Below are positions 1 through 11,043 of a stretch of DNA of 64,000 nucleotides, piece after piece (the stretch's first letter is position 1; every line of letters begins with the position of its first letter). Below the pieces are notes generated by a model. That model made no database searches, was not told the DNA's origin, and saw nothing but the letters and a program-made list of their open reading frames with translations. Made by a program: the position numbers and the translations under genes. This DNA is from an uncultured Candidatus Saccharibacteria bacterium. GTDB taxonomy: Bacteria; Patescibacteriota; Minisyncoccia; CAIUEV01; JAHKAQ01. The DNA is taken from contig CAZRBB010000003.1 in the NCBI GenBank assembly GCA_964598205.1, forward strand, positions 17,046 through 81,045, in the 5' to 3' direction.

Positions 1-242
1 ATCCGACACTCTCCTTTTTCTTTGCAAATAAGCGCCTCTCTAGTTTCTATTTTAAAACTCAAAAAATCAATTCCTACTTCCTTGCAAGCTTTTTCCTTGG
101 CCTTAATATAAACTTCAGAAGCCGAATCATCTCCTACCTTAATAACAGCCAATTTAGGAGCTGTCTTAAAAGTCTGAACTTTTTTCTTAATTGCTTCTTT
201 TATTTTTGAAGAACACTTAATTCCGTCTAAAATTAGAGTCAT
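1..242 (-). CDS. folD: Methylene-THF dehydrogenase/cyclohydrolase, 5' part (runs off window start)
   Basis: Manual translation from ATG at 242: MTLILDGIKCSSKIKEAIK...PKLAVIKVGDDSASEVYIKAKEKACKEVGI, the FolD N-terminus with YxxxK motif. Confidence 0.92.
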   Translation of the reverse strand, partial: MTLILDGIKCSSKIKEAIKKKVQTFKTAPKLAVIKVGDDSASEVYIKAKEKACKEVGIDFLSFKIETREALICKEKGECR

Positions 243-292
243 TTAAAAAAATAATTTAATTGCGTTTAATTTAGCTTATTTGGGGAATAAAA

Positions 293-330
293 AACAATCC
301 CTTCCAGAAATGAATCTGTAGGGGATTGTT
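293..330 (-). terminator. Intrinsic terminator downstream of the histidine kinase gene
   Basis: aacaatccc...gggattgtt inverted repeat followed by a T-run on the minus strand. Confidence 0.65.
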
Positions 331-437
331 GAGGATTGTTAATATAATTATAAGGTGCTTTTTGGGAAGACGAAAAAGAGCGTAGCTCTTTTCAGCGGGT
401 TGATCCCGAAAATTGTCAATGAACAGCTCCTTGTTGC

Positions 438-1205
438 TTAGCTTGCAGCTGGGAGATAGATAGCAAAGGTGGTTCCGGAATCATCGGACTCCGCCACCTC
501 TATTGCCCCCTGGCTTCTTTTGACAATGCCATAAGCCACAGAAAGCCCTAGACCAGCACCCAAGTGCGATGATTTGGTGGAAAAAAACGGTTCAAAAATA
601 AGGGGCTGGATTTCAGATGGAATTCCAGGACCGTTATCCTTGATTTTTATTTCCACAAATTTTCCGGGCTGAATATCTTTAGATAAGGCATTTTTGGCGC
701 TTAGAACTACTTCCTGCGCTTCAATGCTTACCTTTAAATCCCTCTCTTGGCCATTGTTATTGATCGCCTCCCAAGAGTTCAGAAGCATTCCAGCCAAAAC
801 ATTCTCCATCTCTGGGACACTAATTTTCACTATGGAATTATTAATAGCACAACGAAACTCCCCCTTTACACCCATTGACTCAAGTTTTTTAATGGAGTTG
901 GTAATTACCTCCCCTATTCCCACGGGTTCCGATTTCCAGATCATTGTCCGTTGGGAAATCTGGAGCAATTGTTCTATTAGCTTGGCCATCCTGTGCGATT
1001 CGCCCAAAATCTCCTTGACTTCTGCTCCAAGCTTAGGGTGATCCATTATTAGGAGCTCAAGCCGGTAGTCAACTATCTGCAGGCAGTTGTTCAGCCGGTG
1101 AGCCATCCCTCCGGCCAATCGACCAACCGCTGTCATTTTACAACTGCAGTTGTGCCCAACCTTGGGATTCTTTTTTTCAAAGATCCCCTTTTCATTTTTT
1201 TCCAT
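438..1205 (-). CDS. Orphan histidine-kinase-like protein (HisKA + HATPase_c, no sensor or receiver)
   Basis: H-box GRLAGGMAHRLNN, G1 DNGPGI, F-box IFEPFFSTK, G2 GAGLGLS; ATG at 1205 is preceded by AGGGAGG so it is preferred over the TTG at 1253. Confidence 0.85.
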   Translation of the reverse strand: MEKNEKGIFEKKNPKVGHNCSCKMTAVGRLAGGMAHRLNNCLQIVDYRLELLIMDHPKLGAEVKEILGESHRMAKLIEQLLQISQRTMIWKSEPVGIGEVITNSIKKLESMGVKGEFRCAINNSIVKISVPEMENVLAGMLLNSWEAINNNGQERDLKVSIEAQEVVLSAKNALSKDIQPGKFVEIKIKDNGPGIPSEIQPLIFEPFFSTKSSHLGAGLGLSVAYGIVKRSQGAIEVAESDDSGTTFAIYLPAAS

Positions 1206-1251
1206 TGTTTTTGCCTCCCTCAATCTTTGGTTTTGGTTTTTGATGAAAAAC

Positions 1252-1285
1252 AAAGGGGACTTTAAAAAAATCTAAAGTCCCCTTT
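1252..1285 (-). terminator. Hairpin terminator after glyA
   Basis: 13-bp inverted repeat aaaggggacttta/taaagtccccttt with T-rich tail on minus strand. Confidence 0.7.
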
Positions 1286-1321
1286 TAGGGTAGGTATAAG
1301 CAGCTAGCTTGTCAATAGAAA

Positions 1322-2626
1322 TTACATTTCTGGATAAATAGGAAATTCTCTAAAAAGTATCCTGGTATGCTTTTCTATTTTTTTAAGTTCAAAAGGTCGT
1401 TTGTGATTTTCCAAAGCGTTACAAATACTTTCTCCTAGAATTTCCATTTCTTTTTCTTTCATGTTGCGAATAGTGGCGCAGGGCGTTCCTAAACGAATAC
1501 CACTGGGACTAAATGGAGGTCTTGGGTCGTTAGGAACAGTATTTTTGTTAACCGAGATCCCGATTTTTTCTAGGGTTTTTTCGGCATCGGCTCCTGTTAA
1601 GCCCTTGGAAGTAACATCCATTAAAATTAGATGATTATCGGTACCACCGGAAATAAGTTTGAATCCCCTACCAAGAAACACTTTGGCTAGGGCTTGAGAG
1701 TTTTTAACTACCTGCTGGGCCCATTTTTTAAATTGAGGCGTACTGGCTTCTTTTAACGCTACCGCTATTCCGGCAATGGTATGTTCATGCGGACCGCCCT
1801 GCAACCCAGGAAAAATGGCTCGATCAATCAATGTGGGCAGATCTTTTTTAGTTACTTTGTCTGGTTTTTTTAGGGGGTTGGAAGGATTTCCGTTGGTCAT
1901 AATAATTCCCGCTCGCGGACCGCGTAGCGTTTTATGGGTGGTAGAAGTAATTACATCCGCGTGCCCTACTGGTGTTTGATGCACTCCCGCTATTACCAAC
2001 CCAATAATATGAGCAATATCTGCCACAAAAAAAGCATTGTATTTTCTAGCTAGTTCACCAAATTTTTTAAAATCATACTCTCGAGGATAAGCAGTAGCGC
2101 CAGAAAAAATCAATTTAGGACGATGTTTTTTAAAAAGACTTTCTACTTGATCAAAATCAATGTAGCCGTTTTTGTCTACACCATAAAAAACAGAATTGTA
2201 ATACCGACCCGAAAAATTGACTTTAAGTCCATGGGTTAAGTGTCCTCCATGTTGCAACTGCATTCCCATCATGGTGTCGTTGGGTTCTAGGAGAGCAAAA
2301 TAAACCGCTTGATTAGCCGGGCTTCCAGAATAGGGTTGAACATTAACATGGCTTACTTTAAACAACTTCTTGGCCCTGTCTATTGCTAGTTGCTCAATTT
2401 TGTCTGTAAATTCTTGGCCGCCATAATAACGCTTTTTAGGAAATCCTTCGGAATACTTGTTATTAAAAATAGATCCCATTGCTTCTAGAACTGATCGGGA
2501 AGCATAACTTTCCGAAGGAATCATTTCTAGTCCTTTTTGTTGTCTGCTAAGCTCTCCAGAAATAAACTTAAAAACGGCCGGATCTGTTTTTTTGATATTT
2601 TTATAAACCTGATTTCTTTCTCCCAT
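1322..2626 (-). CDS. glyA: Serine hydroxymethyltransferase
   Basis: NKYSEGFPKKRYYGG, GGHLTHG, PLP lysine motif TTHKTLRGPR, SGIRLGT. Confidence 0.98.
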   Translation of the reverse strand: MGERNQVYKNIKKTDPAVFKFISGELSRQQKGLEMIPSESYASRSVLEAMGSIFNNKYSEGFPKKRYYGGQEFTDKIEQLAIDRAKKLFKVSHVNVQPYSGSPANQAVYFALLEPNDTMMGMQLQHGGHLTHGLKVNFSGRYYNSVFYGVDKNGYIDFDQVESLFKKHRPKLIFSGATAYPREYDFKKFGELARKYNAFFVADIAHIIGLVIAGVHQTPVGHADVITSTTHKTLRGPRAGIIMTNGNPSNPLKKPDKVTKKDLPTLIDRAIFPGLQGGPHEHTIAGIAVALKEASTPQFKKWAQQVVKNSQALAKVFLGRGFKLISGGTDNHLILMDVTSKGLTGADAEKTLEKIGISVNKNTVPNDPRPPFSPSGIRLGTPCATIRNMKEKEMEILGESICNALENHKRPFELKKIEKHTRILFREFPIYPEM

Positions 2627-2645
2627 TAGTTTGGTTAAAAATAAT

Positions 2646-3263
2646 TTATTTTTTAACTTCGCTTCGCGCTACGCTCACATTTTTAAATTGACTGTTAAAG
2701 TCTTTATAATAAGCTTTGTAATTTTCTTCTCTGGTCCATTTTTTTAAATATCCTTCAGGGAGAGGCAGGCTAGGAAAAAGATCTATCTTGCTCCATTCTT
2801 TGCCCTTGTATAGAGGGTAGTTATAGTAAAGGGTTTCTTTGGAAATCCCTCTAATAAAAGCTACCTGTGGTATTTTAAAATAAGTTTTAGCTAAATAAGC
2901 TCGGTGCATACCATCGCAAACAATATTAGCCACTTCGCCATTTTCTTCAATGCTTTCTTCTACAATAATCGGTAAAATATCTCGCGGTTCTTTTTGCCCT
3001 TCTACCCAAAACCGGCAAAAACCGTTCAGATTAAAAATATCTACGGCTTTCTTTTTTAGTGCCCAATGAAGTTCAGCAATTTCTTTTAAATTATCTTCCA
3101 CTAAATACCTTTGAGGGCAGTAAAGTCCTTGAGGGCTCAGTTTTTCTAGGGTAACCACTGCTTTGTTGTATGGCTTTACTTTGGTGGCTTCCAGCATGTT
3201 TACCTCCTTCAACCTTCTTAAGAATTCTTTCTCACTGAATTGCTGGACTTTTTGGATTTTCAT
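2646..3263 (-). CDS. Hypothetical protein with ParB/sulfiredoxin-like catalytic motifs
   Basis: LYCPQ ... LPIIVE ... IVCDGMHRAY matches the ParB/Srx LxPxQ, PIxV and DGxHR pattern; no HTH region. Confidence 0.55.
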   Translation of the reverse strand: MKIQKVQQFSEKEFLRRLKEVNMLEATKVKPYNKAVVTLEKLSPQGLYCPQRYLVEDNLKEIAELHWALKKKAVDIFNLNGFCRFWVEGQKEPRDILPIIVEESIEENGEVANIVCDGMHRAYLAKTYFKIPQVAFIRGISKETLYYNYPLYKGKEWSKIDLFPSLPLPEGYLKKWTREENYKAYYKDFNSQFKNVSVARSEVKK

Positions 3264-3273
3264 TTTTAGAAAA

Positions 3274-3915
3274 TTAAAGTTTATTTTTTAGGTCATAAAT
3301 TGTTGGTAGAGAAAAATCTGCCGCCACAGAAACACCCCAAGCCAACGCCGTTCGCATCCCGAGCTTTTTAGGAGGAAGAATATCGATTGTCTCCTTGTCT
3401 CCAATAAACAAGTGCTCTTCTGGTTTTCTTTTAGTGAGCTTAAGAAGACCCCGAAAACTATCTCCTGAAAATTTACCACCTAAAAAGTTGTCTCCAAATA
3501 TTTTATACCGAAAAATTTTAGGATCAATGCCTAATGCTTTTATTTTAGCAAAAGCGCTTTTCTTGGCCGATGAAGTCACTAAAAATAAAGTATATTTTTT
3601 GCTCAAATAACCTAGCAAGTGAATAAGTTTTTGGTCTTTTTTGATTGCTAAAGATAGGTCCGCTTCTTGGGAAATCTTTAAAGACAGTTTTTCGGCATTT
3701 TTGATTCCCATTTTTTCTAAAGCTTCGCGTCCGCTTTTTAGAATTTGATAATGTTTTTTGAATTGTTTCTTGGCCACTTCTAACTCTAGTCCCAACTCTT
3801 GAGCAGCTAGGCGATAAACGGTTTCTCTGTAAATTTTAAAAGTGAGCTTTGTTTCTTTGTAAAGCGTTTGGTCTAAATCGAACCCTATTAATTTTATTGT
3901 TTTAGGATCTAGCAT
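3274..3915 (-). CDS. HAD-family phosphatase
   Basis: Motif I FDLDQTLY, motif II VTSS, motif III K, motif IV FIGDKETIDI. Confidence 0.9.
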   Translation of the reverse strand: MLDPKTIKLIGFDLDQTLYKETKLTFKIYRETVYRLAAQELGLELEVAKKQFKKHYQILKSGREALEKMGIKNAEKLSLKISQEADLSLAIKKDQKLIHLLGYLSKKYTLFLVTSSAKKSAFAKIKALGIDPKIFRYKIFGDNFLGGKFSGDSFRGLLKLTKRKPEEHLFIGDKETIDILPPKKLGMRTALAWGVSVAADFSLPTIYDLKNKL

Positions 3916-4451
3916 TAAACTTGTTTTTCTTTTTTAGTGGCTACAATCCTTCCTCCTCTCCATTGTCCCCTGGAGGGATTGGACTTGCCTTTTACTTCTT
4001 GGAAAACAATAAAAGCAATCCTAGCTCCTAATTCAATTGTAAATTTGACCGGACCTAAATTAGCCAAACCAAAAGTTAATTTTCCAAAATATTCTGGAGA
4101 AACTTTTCCTGAAAGAAGGGTTACCCCGCTCCTAAAAAGAGTGCTTCTGGGGTAGACGCTAGCAAAAATGTTTTTTCCCATTTTGACTTCTTCAATAGTA
4201 GACACTAAGCAGAAATCACCAGGGAAAAGAGTAAACTCTTTATCTTTTTGTTTGGTGGAGATTGTTTTTTTAATGCTGGCCGTATGTCTTTCTTCTTTCC
4301 CCAAAAAACCTTGGCCAGAAATTAGACTGATTTCGCCGACGCGTAAATCAAACCCAGGACCTTCGGGAAAGTTGAGTTCTCGGGAAGAAAGATTCTTTAC
4401 CAGTCCTTTTTTTTTAACTAAATCTAGAATTTTTGCCGATCCTAGAATCAT
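3915..4451 (-). CDS. Trimeric dUTPase / dCTP deaminase superfamily protein
   Basis: GFDLRVG, PRSTLFRSG, PEYFGKL, GARIAFIVF, C-terminal RGQWRGG. Confidence 0.85.
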   Translation of the reverse strand: MILGSAKILDLVKKKGLVKNLSSRELNFPEGPGFDLRVGEISLISGQGFLGKEERHTASIKKTISTKQKDKEFTLFPGDFCLVSTIEEVKMGKNIFASVYPRSTLFRSGVTLLSGKVSPEYFGKLTFGLANLGPVKFTIELGARIAFIVFQEVKGKSNPSRGQWRGGRIVATKKEKQV

Positions 4452-4457
4452 TGTGTT

Positions 4458-6071
4458 TTATAATAAATTTAGCTTCTTCTGTAATTCTTCTTCCAGGCAA
4501 TCCTTCATGGCAACATGCAGTTCTTGGTTATAACTTGGGATAAATTTTTTAATATAACCACAGGTTTTTTCTTCTGGACAAAAGCCAGAAACAACGCATT
4601 TGGGTTCCATTAAATCAGCCAAGGACGCTAGTCCTTTTTTTCTGAGCGCTTTCTTGATTTCTCTAAGCTCACCCTTGGTTTCTTTGAAAATTTGTTCATC
4701 AGCAGTTACGCAGCTTCTTAGGGAATAATAGCCATCAATCAAATTAAAAAGATTGTATTCCTGAATCATTTTAATTCTTAAGGCTCTTGGAATAATCATT
4801 ACAGCGTCTTTTTCGGGAATACCCAGCCCAACTAGTTTTTGATAGGCATCTAGGGAAGAAAAAGCACAATCCAAGAAAATCTTTCTTTGATCGGAATTTT
4901 TGGCCAAAACCGGTGGAATGGCAAAAACTTGATCCACATTTTCTATTTCTTTTTCTTTTAGATCTTTCTCTTTTCTAAAAGAATCAGCGTAGCGAGAAAA
5001 AACAGCCAGTGCTTGATTAATACAATAATAAATTGATTCTGTGGTAATTGGGGCCGTGCGATGTCTTTTTTTGTCTCGCCATACCCTAAGACTAACATTA
5101 GACAATATTTTTACCGTAATCCCCGTTCCATAGTCGCGAATCAGCTTTCTCCTTAGGAAAAGGACTTTCCGCCAATTGGCTTTTAGTTTCTGGGGATTTT
5201 TAAAAATCTTTTTCTGCTCATTCTTAATAATGGTAGCTTCCTTTATAAAGTTCTTTCCTAGTACGCTGTCTATGCTTATTAAATGGAAATTTTCATTATT
5301 TTTTGCCACCCTAGGCACTGCTCTTTCTAAGTCTCTTGTTAAATTAACAGAAGCTGGGTCTTTAAATAAATTGGGGTATGGATAGGTATTTTTAGGAGAG
5401 GCAAATCTAGTGGAATAAAGAAGATCAACGCCCATTTTTTTAAGTTCTTTTTCTATTTTGGAAAGGAGTAATCCGGCTTCTTCTGGCATCCATTCTTTTT
5501 CTTGCGCATATTCATGGGCAAAGGTGACTAAGGATTCCACTGGCAAAACAATGACTCCTGTTCCATAGGTACCGTATTGGGCGAGTTTTCCCACTTCGTC
5601 TTGTAGTGCCCCCATTTCCAAAAGCTGACTCAATCCTTTAAGATTTTTTTCGGAAGCCTCCTGGTAAATTTTTAATGCTTTTTTATTTTTTAAAATAGAG
5701 GAAGGAAAAACAATATCTTTTTTACTTGCAATGGCGCGTCTGCCAGAATGCATTAAGGCCGAAGAAAAAGTAATCCCTGTAAGCATGGAGCCAACCATTT
5801 TAGAAGCCTCAAAAGAAAAACAAAAAACCGGCAAGGTTCCCATGGAAGCGTGCCCTCTTAGTGAAGATTTTTTTAAGATATTTTTTACTTTTTGTTTTAT
5901 ATCCTGATTTTTTGTTTTGGCTTCCAAAACCAAGTCCGATAAAGATTCACCTCGAAAAGTTAACAGCCCAGAAAAAGCAGCTATTTCTTGAGGAGAAAGA
6001 TTGGCTTTAGGGGAATAATATTGAGGAACGATCCCTAAAATTTTTATTTTAAGATCAGAAGTTTTTTTCAT
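4458..6071 (-). CDS. thyX: Long (two-domain) FAD-dependent thymidylate synthase
   Basis: N-terminal RGHAS, RHR motif (RDKKRHRT) in the second half, LRSCVTADEQI and C-terminal PKC...GFCPE typical of ThyX; operon context. Confidence 0.75.
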   Translation of the reverse strand: MKKTSDLKIKILGIVPQYYSPKANLSPQEIAAFSGLLTFRGESLSDLVLEAKTKNQDIKQKVKNILKKSSLRGHASMGTLPVFCFSFEASKMVGSMLTGITFSSALMHSGRRAIASKKDIVFPSSILKNKKALKIYQEASEKNLKGLSQLLEMGALQDEVGKLAQYGTYGTGVIVLPVESLVTFAHEYAQEKEWMPEEAGLLLSKIEKELKKMGVDLLYSTRFASPKNTYPYPNLFKDPASVNLTRDLERAVPRVAKNNENFHLISIDSVLGKNFIKEATIIKNEQKKIFKNPQKLKANWRKVLFLRRKLIRDYGTGITVKILSNVSLRVWRDKKRHRTAPITTESIYYCINQALAVFSRYADSFRKEKDLKEKEIENVDQVFAIPPVLAKNSDQRKIFLDCAFSSLDAYQKLVGLGIPEKDAVMIIPRALRIKMIQEYNLFNLIDGYYSLRSCVTADEQIFKETKGELREIKKALRKKGLASLADLMEPKCVVSGFCPEEKTCGYIKKFIPSYNQELHVAMKDCLEEELQKKLNLL

Positions 6072-6089
6072 TAAAGAATTTATCTTCCC

Positions 6090-6569
6090 TTACTTTATAA
6101 AAACTATTTTATTGATCTTAACTTGGCTTTTTTTAAAATAATCAAACGCTACCTGATCTCCGTCGTAGTCTCTTAAATAAAAAACTCTTTTTATTTTGGC
6201 ATTAATGATTGTTTTGGCACAAGCCGCACAAGGACGGTAAGTAACAAAGAGATCGGCGCCACTAATGTTTATCCCCAAACTGGCCGCATTGGCAATAGCA
6301 TTCATTTCTGCGTGTGCTCCCCTGCATAATCCTTGATGTTTTTTTTCCACTCCTTTCACAATCTTAGCACAGCCTACTTTGTTGCAATGTTCAATTCCTT
6401 GCGGAGGGCCATTGTAACCCATAGAAAGCAATTGACTTCCCTTGGCAATCACTGCTCCAACCTGATAAAATAAGCAAACAGAGCGTTTTTGAATTACTTC
6501 GCCAATATTAAACCATACTTTTTCCCAGCAAGGTCGATCTTCCCCTTGTTTTATTTTCAAAACGCGCAT
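6090..6569 (-). CDS. dCMP deaminase (ComEB family)
   Basis: GYNGPP, HAEMNAI, PCAAC zinc motifs. Confidence 0.93.
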   Translation of the reverse strand: MRVLKIKQGEDRPCWEKVWFNIGEVIQKRSVCLFYQVGAVIAKGSQLLSMGYNGPPQGIEHCNKVGCAKIVKGVEKKHQGLCRGAHAEMNAIANAASLGINISGADLFVTYRPCAACAKTIINAKIKRVFYLRDYDGDQVAFDYFKKSQVKINKIVFIK

Positions 6570-6587
6570 ACATGTAAGAAAAACGAG

Positions 6588-7265
6588 CTAGATTTTGATC
6601 TTTACACCAGGACTCATTGTTAGGGCCAAGGTAGCTTTTTTAATAAAGCGACCTTTTAGTTTGGCAGGTTTCTGTTTTTCTATTGCCTCGGCTACTGCTT
6701 GGTAATTTTCCAAAAGTTCTTCTGTTTTTAGGGAAATTTTGCCAATCATTTGATGGGCCGCTCCGCCAGCATCGCTTTTAATGTTGGCTTTGCCCTTTCT
6801 TAAAAGTTCTACTGCTTTTTTAATATCTTTAGTTACTGTTTCTGATTTAGGATTAGGCATTAATCCTTTGGGGCCAAGCACTTTGGCGATTTTGGCTAAC
6901 TTGGGCATTATTTCTGGACTAGCTAGCGCAATGTCAAAATTAAATTTCTCTCCTTGACCTATTTTATCTATTTCTTTTTCGCCAAATACTATATCGGCTC
7001 CCGACTCTTCGGCTAAACTTTTATTGTCTTTGTCTATAAAAACAGCAATGATTATTTTTTTTCCAATGTCGTGAGGCAAAACTAAAGATGCCCGCAATGG
7101 ATCGCTCTTCTTTTTCTTGCCAAAATTCAGCTTGAAATGGGCTTCTACTGCTTCGTTGAATTTGGCTGGTTTAAAATTTTTCAAAATTTCGATCGCTTCC
7201 TTGGGAGAAGTTTTGACTAATATTTGAGCTGAATTTTCCTGGTAACGCTTGCTTCTTTTTTTCAT
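6588..7265 (-). CDS. rplA: 50S ribosomal protein L1
   Basis: LGPKGLMPNPKSETVT, TMSPG. Confidence 0.97.
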   Translation of the reverse strand: MKKRSKRYQENSAQILVKTSPKEAIEILKNFKPAKFNEAVEAHFKLNFGKKKKSDPLRASLVLPHDIGKKIIIAVFIDKDNKSLAEESGADIVFGEKEIDKIGQGEKFNFDIALASPEIMPKLAKIAKVLGPKGLMPNPKSETVTKDIKKAVELLRKGKANIKSDAGGAAHQMIGKISLKTEELLENYQAVAEAIEKQKPAKLKGRFIKKATLALTMSPGVKIKI

Positions 7266-7278
7266 ATTTTTACATTAC

Positions 7279-7704
7279 TTAGATCTTGTTAACCGTCACT
7301 CCCATACTTCTTGCTGTGCCGGCTACAATTTTTTTGGCTGCTTCTAGATCATTGGCATTAAGATCTTCCTTTTTAATTTCTGCAATTTCAGCTAGCTGGG
7401 CTTCGGTAATAGAGCCAACCTTATCCTTCTGAGGAACACCGGAACCCTTTTGGATTTTAATCGCTTTTTTAATAAGCTCGGCTGCTGGCGGACTTTTCAT
7501 TATAAAATCAAAACTTCTGTCTTCGTAAATCGTAATCACCACCGGAATAATGTTGTCTCCTTTTTCTTTGGTTTTTTCGTTGAACTGAGTACAGAAATCT
7601 TGAATATTTAAGCCATGCTGACCTAAGGCTGGACCAACTGGAGGAGCAGGATTGGCTTTCCCTGCTGGAAGTTGTAATTTAACGAGCGCTTTTATTTCTT
7701 TCAT
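7279..7704 (-). CDS. rplK: 50S ribosomal protein L11
   Basis: [25 protein letters not shown]. Confidence 0.99.
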   Translation of the reverse strand: MKEIKALVKLQLPAGKANPAPPVGPALGQHGLNIQDFCTQFNEKTKEKGDNIIPVVITIYEDRSFDFIMKSPPAAELIKKAIKIQKGSGVPQKDKVGSITEAQLAEIAEIKKEDLNANDLEAAKKIVAGTARSMGVTVNKI

Positions 7705-7719
7705 AAAAATGAATCAAAT

Positions 7720-8262
7720 CTAAAGTTTTTTTAATTGAAGAAAGTCTAGTTCTACCGGAGTCTCTCTGCTAAACAAACTAACTAATACTCTTACTTTACC
7801 CTTGGCCTTGTCAATGCTCTGAACTTTGCCATCAAATTCCTTGAACGGTCCATCTACAATCTTAATAGAGTCTCCTTTTCTTAGGCCTATATCGTATTTG
7901 GGCTCTTCTACTCCCATTCTTTTCTTTAGAGCATCTACTTCGTCTTGAGAAATAGGAATGGGCGTTGTTCCAGCACCAGTAAAGCCAGTAACATTAGGAG
8001 TGTTTCTAACCACATACCACGAATCATCTGTAACGGTCATCTCTACTAAAACATAGCCAGGGAAAATTCTCTCTTTAACAATTTTTCTTTTGCCGTTTTT
8101 TATCTTAATTCTTTTTTCTGTTGGTACTAAAACACTAAAAATCTTATCTTGCATGTCTAAGGATTCAATCCGTTGTCTTAGGTTTTTGGCAACATTTTCT
8201 TCGTACCCAGAATAGGTATGAAGAACATACCAAGCTCTTTCTTGCTCAACTTGTTGCTTCAT
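7720..8262 (-). CDS. nusG: Transcription termination/antitermination factor NusG
   Basis: WYVLHTYSGYE, FPGYVLV, KOW motif DGPFKEFDG, RETPVEL. Confidence 0.99.
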   Translation of the reverse strand: MKQQVEQERAWYVLHTYSGYEENVAKNLRQRIESLDMQDKIFSVLVPTEKRIKIKNGKRKIVKERIFPGYVLVEMTVTDDSWYVVRNTPNVTGFTGAGTTPIPISQDEVDALKKRMGVEEPKYDIGLRKGDSIKIVDGPFKEFDGKVQSIDKAKGKVRVLVSLFSRETPVELDFLQLKKL

Positions 8263-8438
8263 ATAATCCTAGCAATAAACAAATTAAATAAAAAATCAAG
8301 AAGTCCCAAGAAGAAAGCCATCCCAAAGCTCATTAAGATGACCGACTTAGTGTTTTTAGACACTTGTTCTTTGGTGGGCCATTTTATCTTGGATAGCTCC
8401 TCTTTTGATTCTCCCAAAAAGGCAATTATTTTCTTCAT
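8259..8438 (-). CDS. secE: Preprotein translocase subunit SecE (not in ORF track)
   Basis: Manual translation MKKIIAFLGESKEELSKIKWPTKEQV...FLGLLDFLF; ATGA overlap with nusG; canonical secE-nusG-rplK-rplA order. Confidence 0.95.
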   Translation of the reverse strand: MKKIIAFLGESKEELSKIKWPTKEQVSKNTKSVILMSFGMAFFLGLLDFLFNLFIARII

Positions 8439-8530
8439 GTGCTTGGTTTTAAAAAGACCTCCAAGAGGCCTTTCTTAATTCTCCTTTAAGGATACAGAAT
8501 TGAAAACAAACTGTCAAACAGAAGTTTTGC

Positions 8531-10504
<1,974 letters not shown>

Positions 10505-10616
10505 TCAGAAAAAATAAAAACACATTCTAGGTGTTCTTAGGCTTCCCGATATTATTGCTCAATAAAAAATAAAAGGCAACGCTTGGTTAAATCTAAAGCA
10601 ATGGTGATTTATTCTC

Positions 10617-10985
10617 TTATTCCGCAATAAAGTATGCTTCTAGCAGAAACAGAGAAACGGCTAATAATAGCGCGTCCCACCAATTTAGAATTCTTGATCC
10701 TTGCATTAAAAGCAAGCCCACCAAAAGAATAGAGATCCAAATTCCCTGCCTAAAAGAAATGCCCACTAGCCCAAAAAGCAGTTCATTGTTCAATATTTTT
10801 TGGCGTAATTTGAAGCCAATAATAGAAAAAAGACCTGTTAGTAGAAAAAAAAGAGTGAAGTAAAAAAACAGCAATCCAGATAATCCTTGCTCATAAGGAT
10901 CAATCTTGGAGATGACCAAGATCCATGCTGCCCCAGAAAAAATGGCTACAGCGACGGTTATATTAAAATAAGTTTTTAGACTCAT
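10617..10985 (-). CDS. Small four-TM membrane protein, unknown function
   Basis: 122 aa, four hydrophobic segments, ISFRQG. Confidence 0.75.
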   Translation of the reverse strand: MSLKTYFNITVAVAIFSGAAWILVISKIDPYEQGLSGLLFFYFTLFFLLTGLFSIIGFKLRQKILNNELLFGLVGISFRQGIWISILLVGLLLMQGSRILNWWDALLLAVSLFLLEAYFIAE

Positions 10986-11043
10986 TTTTGATTTTTTTAT
11001 TATTTAGTCTAAAATACATAAACTATAAATAAATATTACAGGA

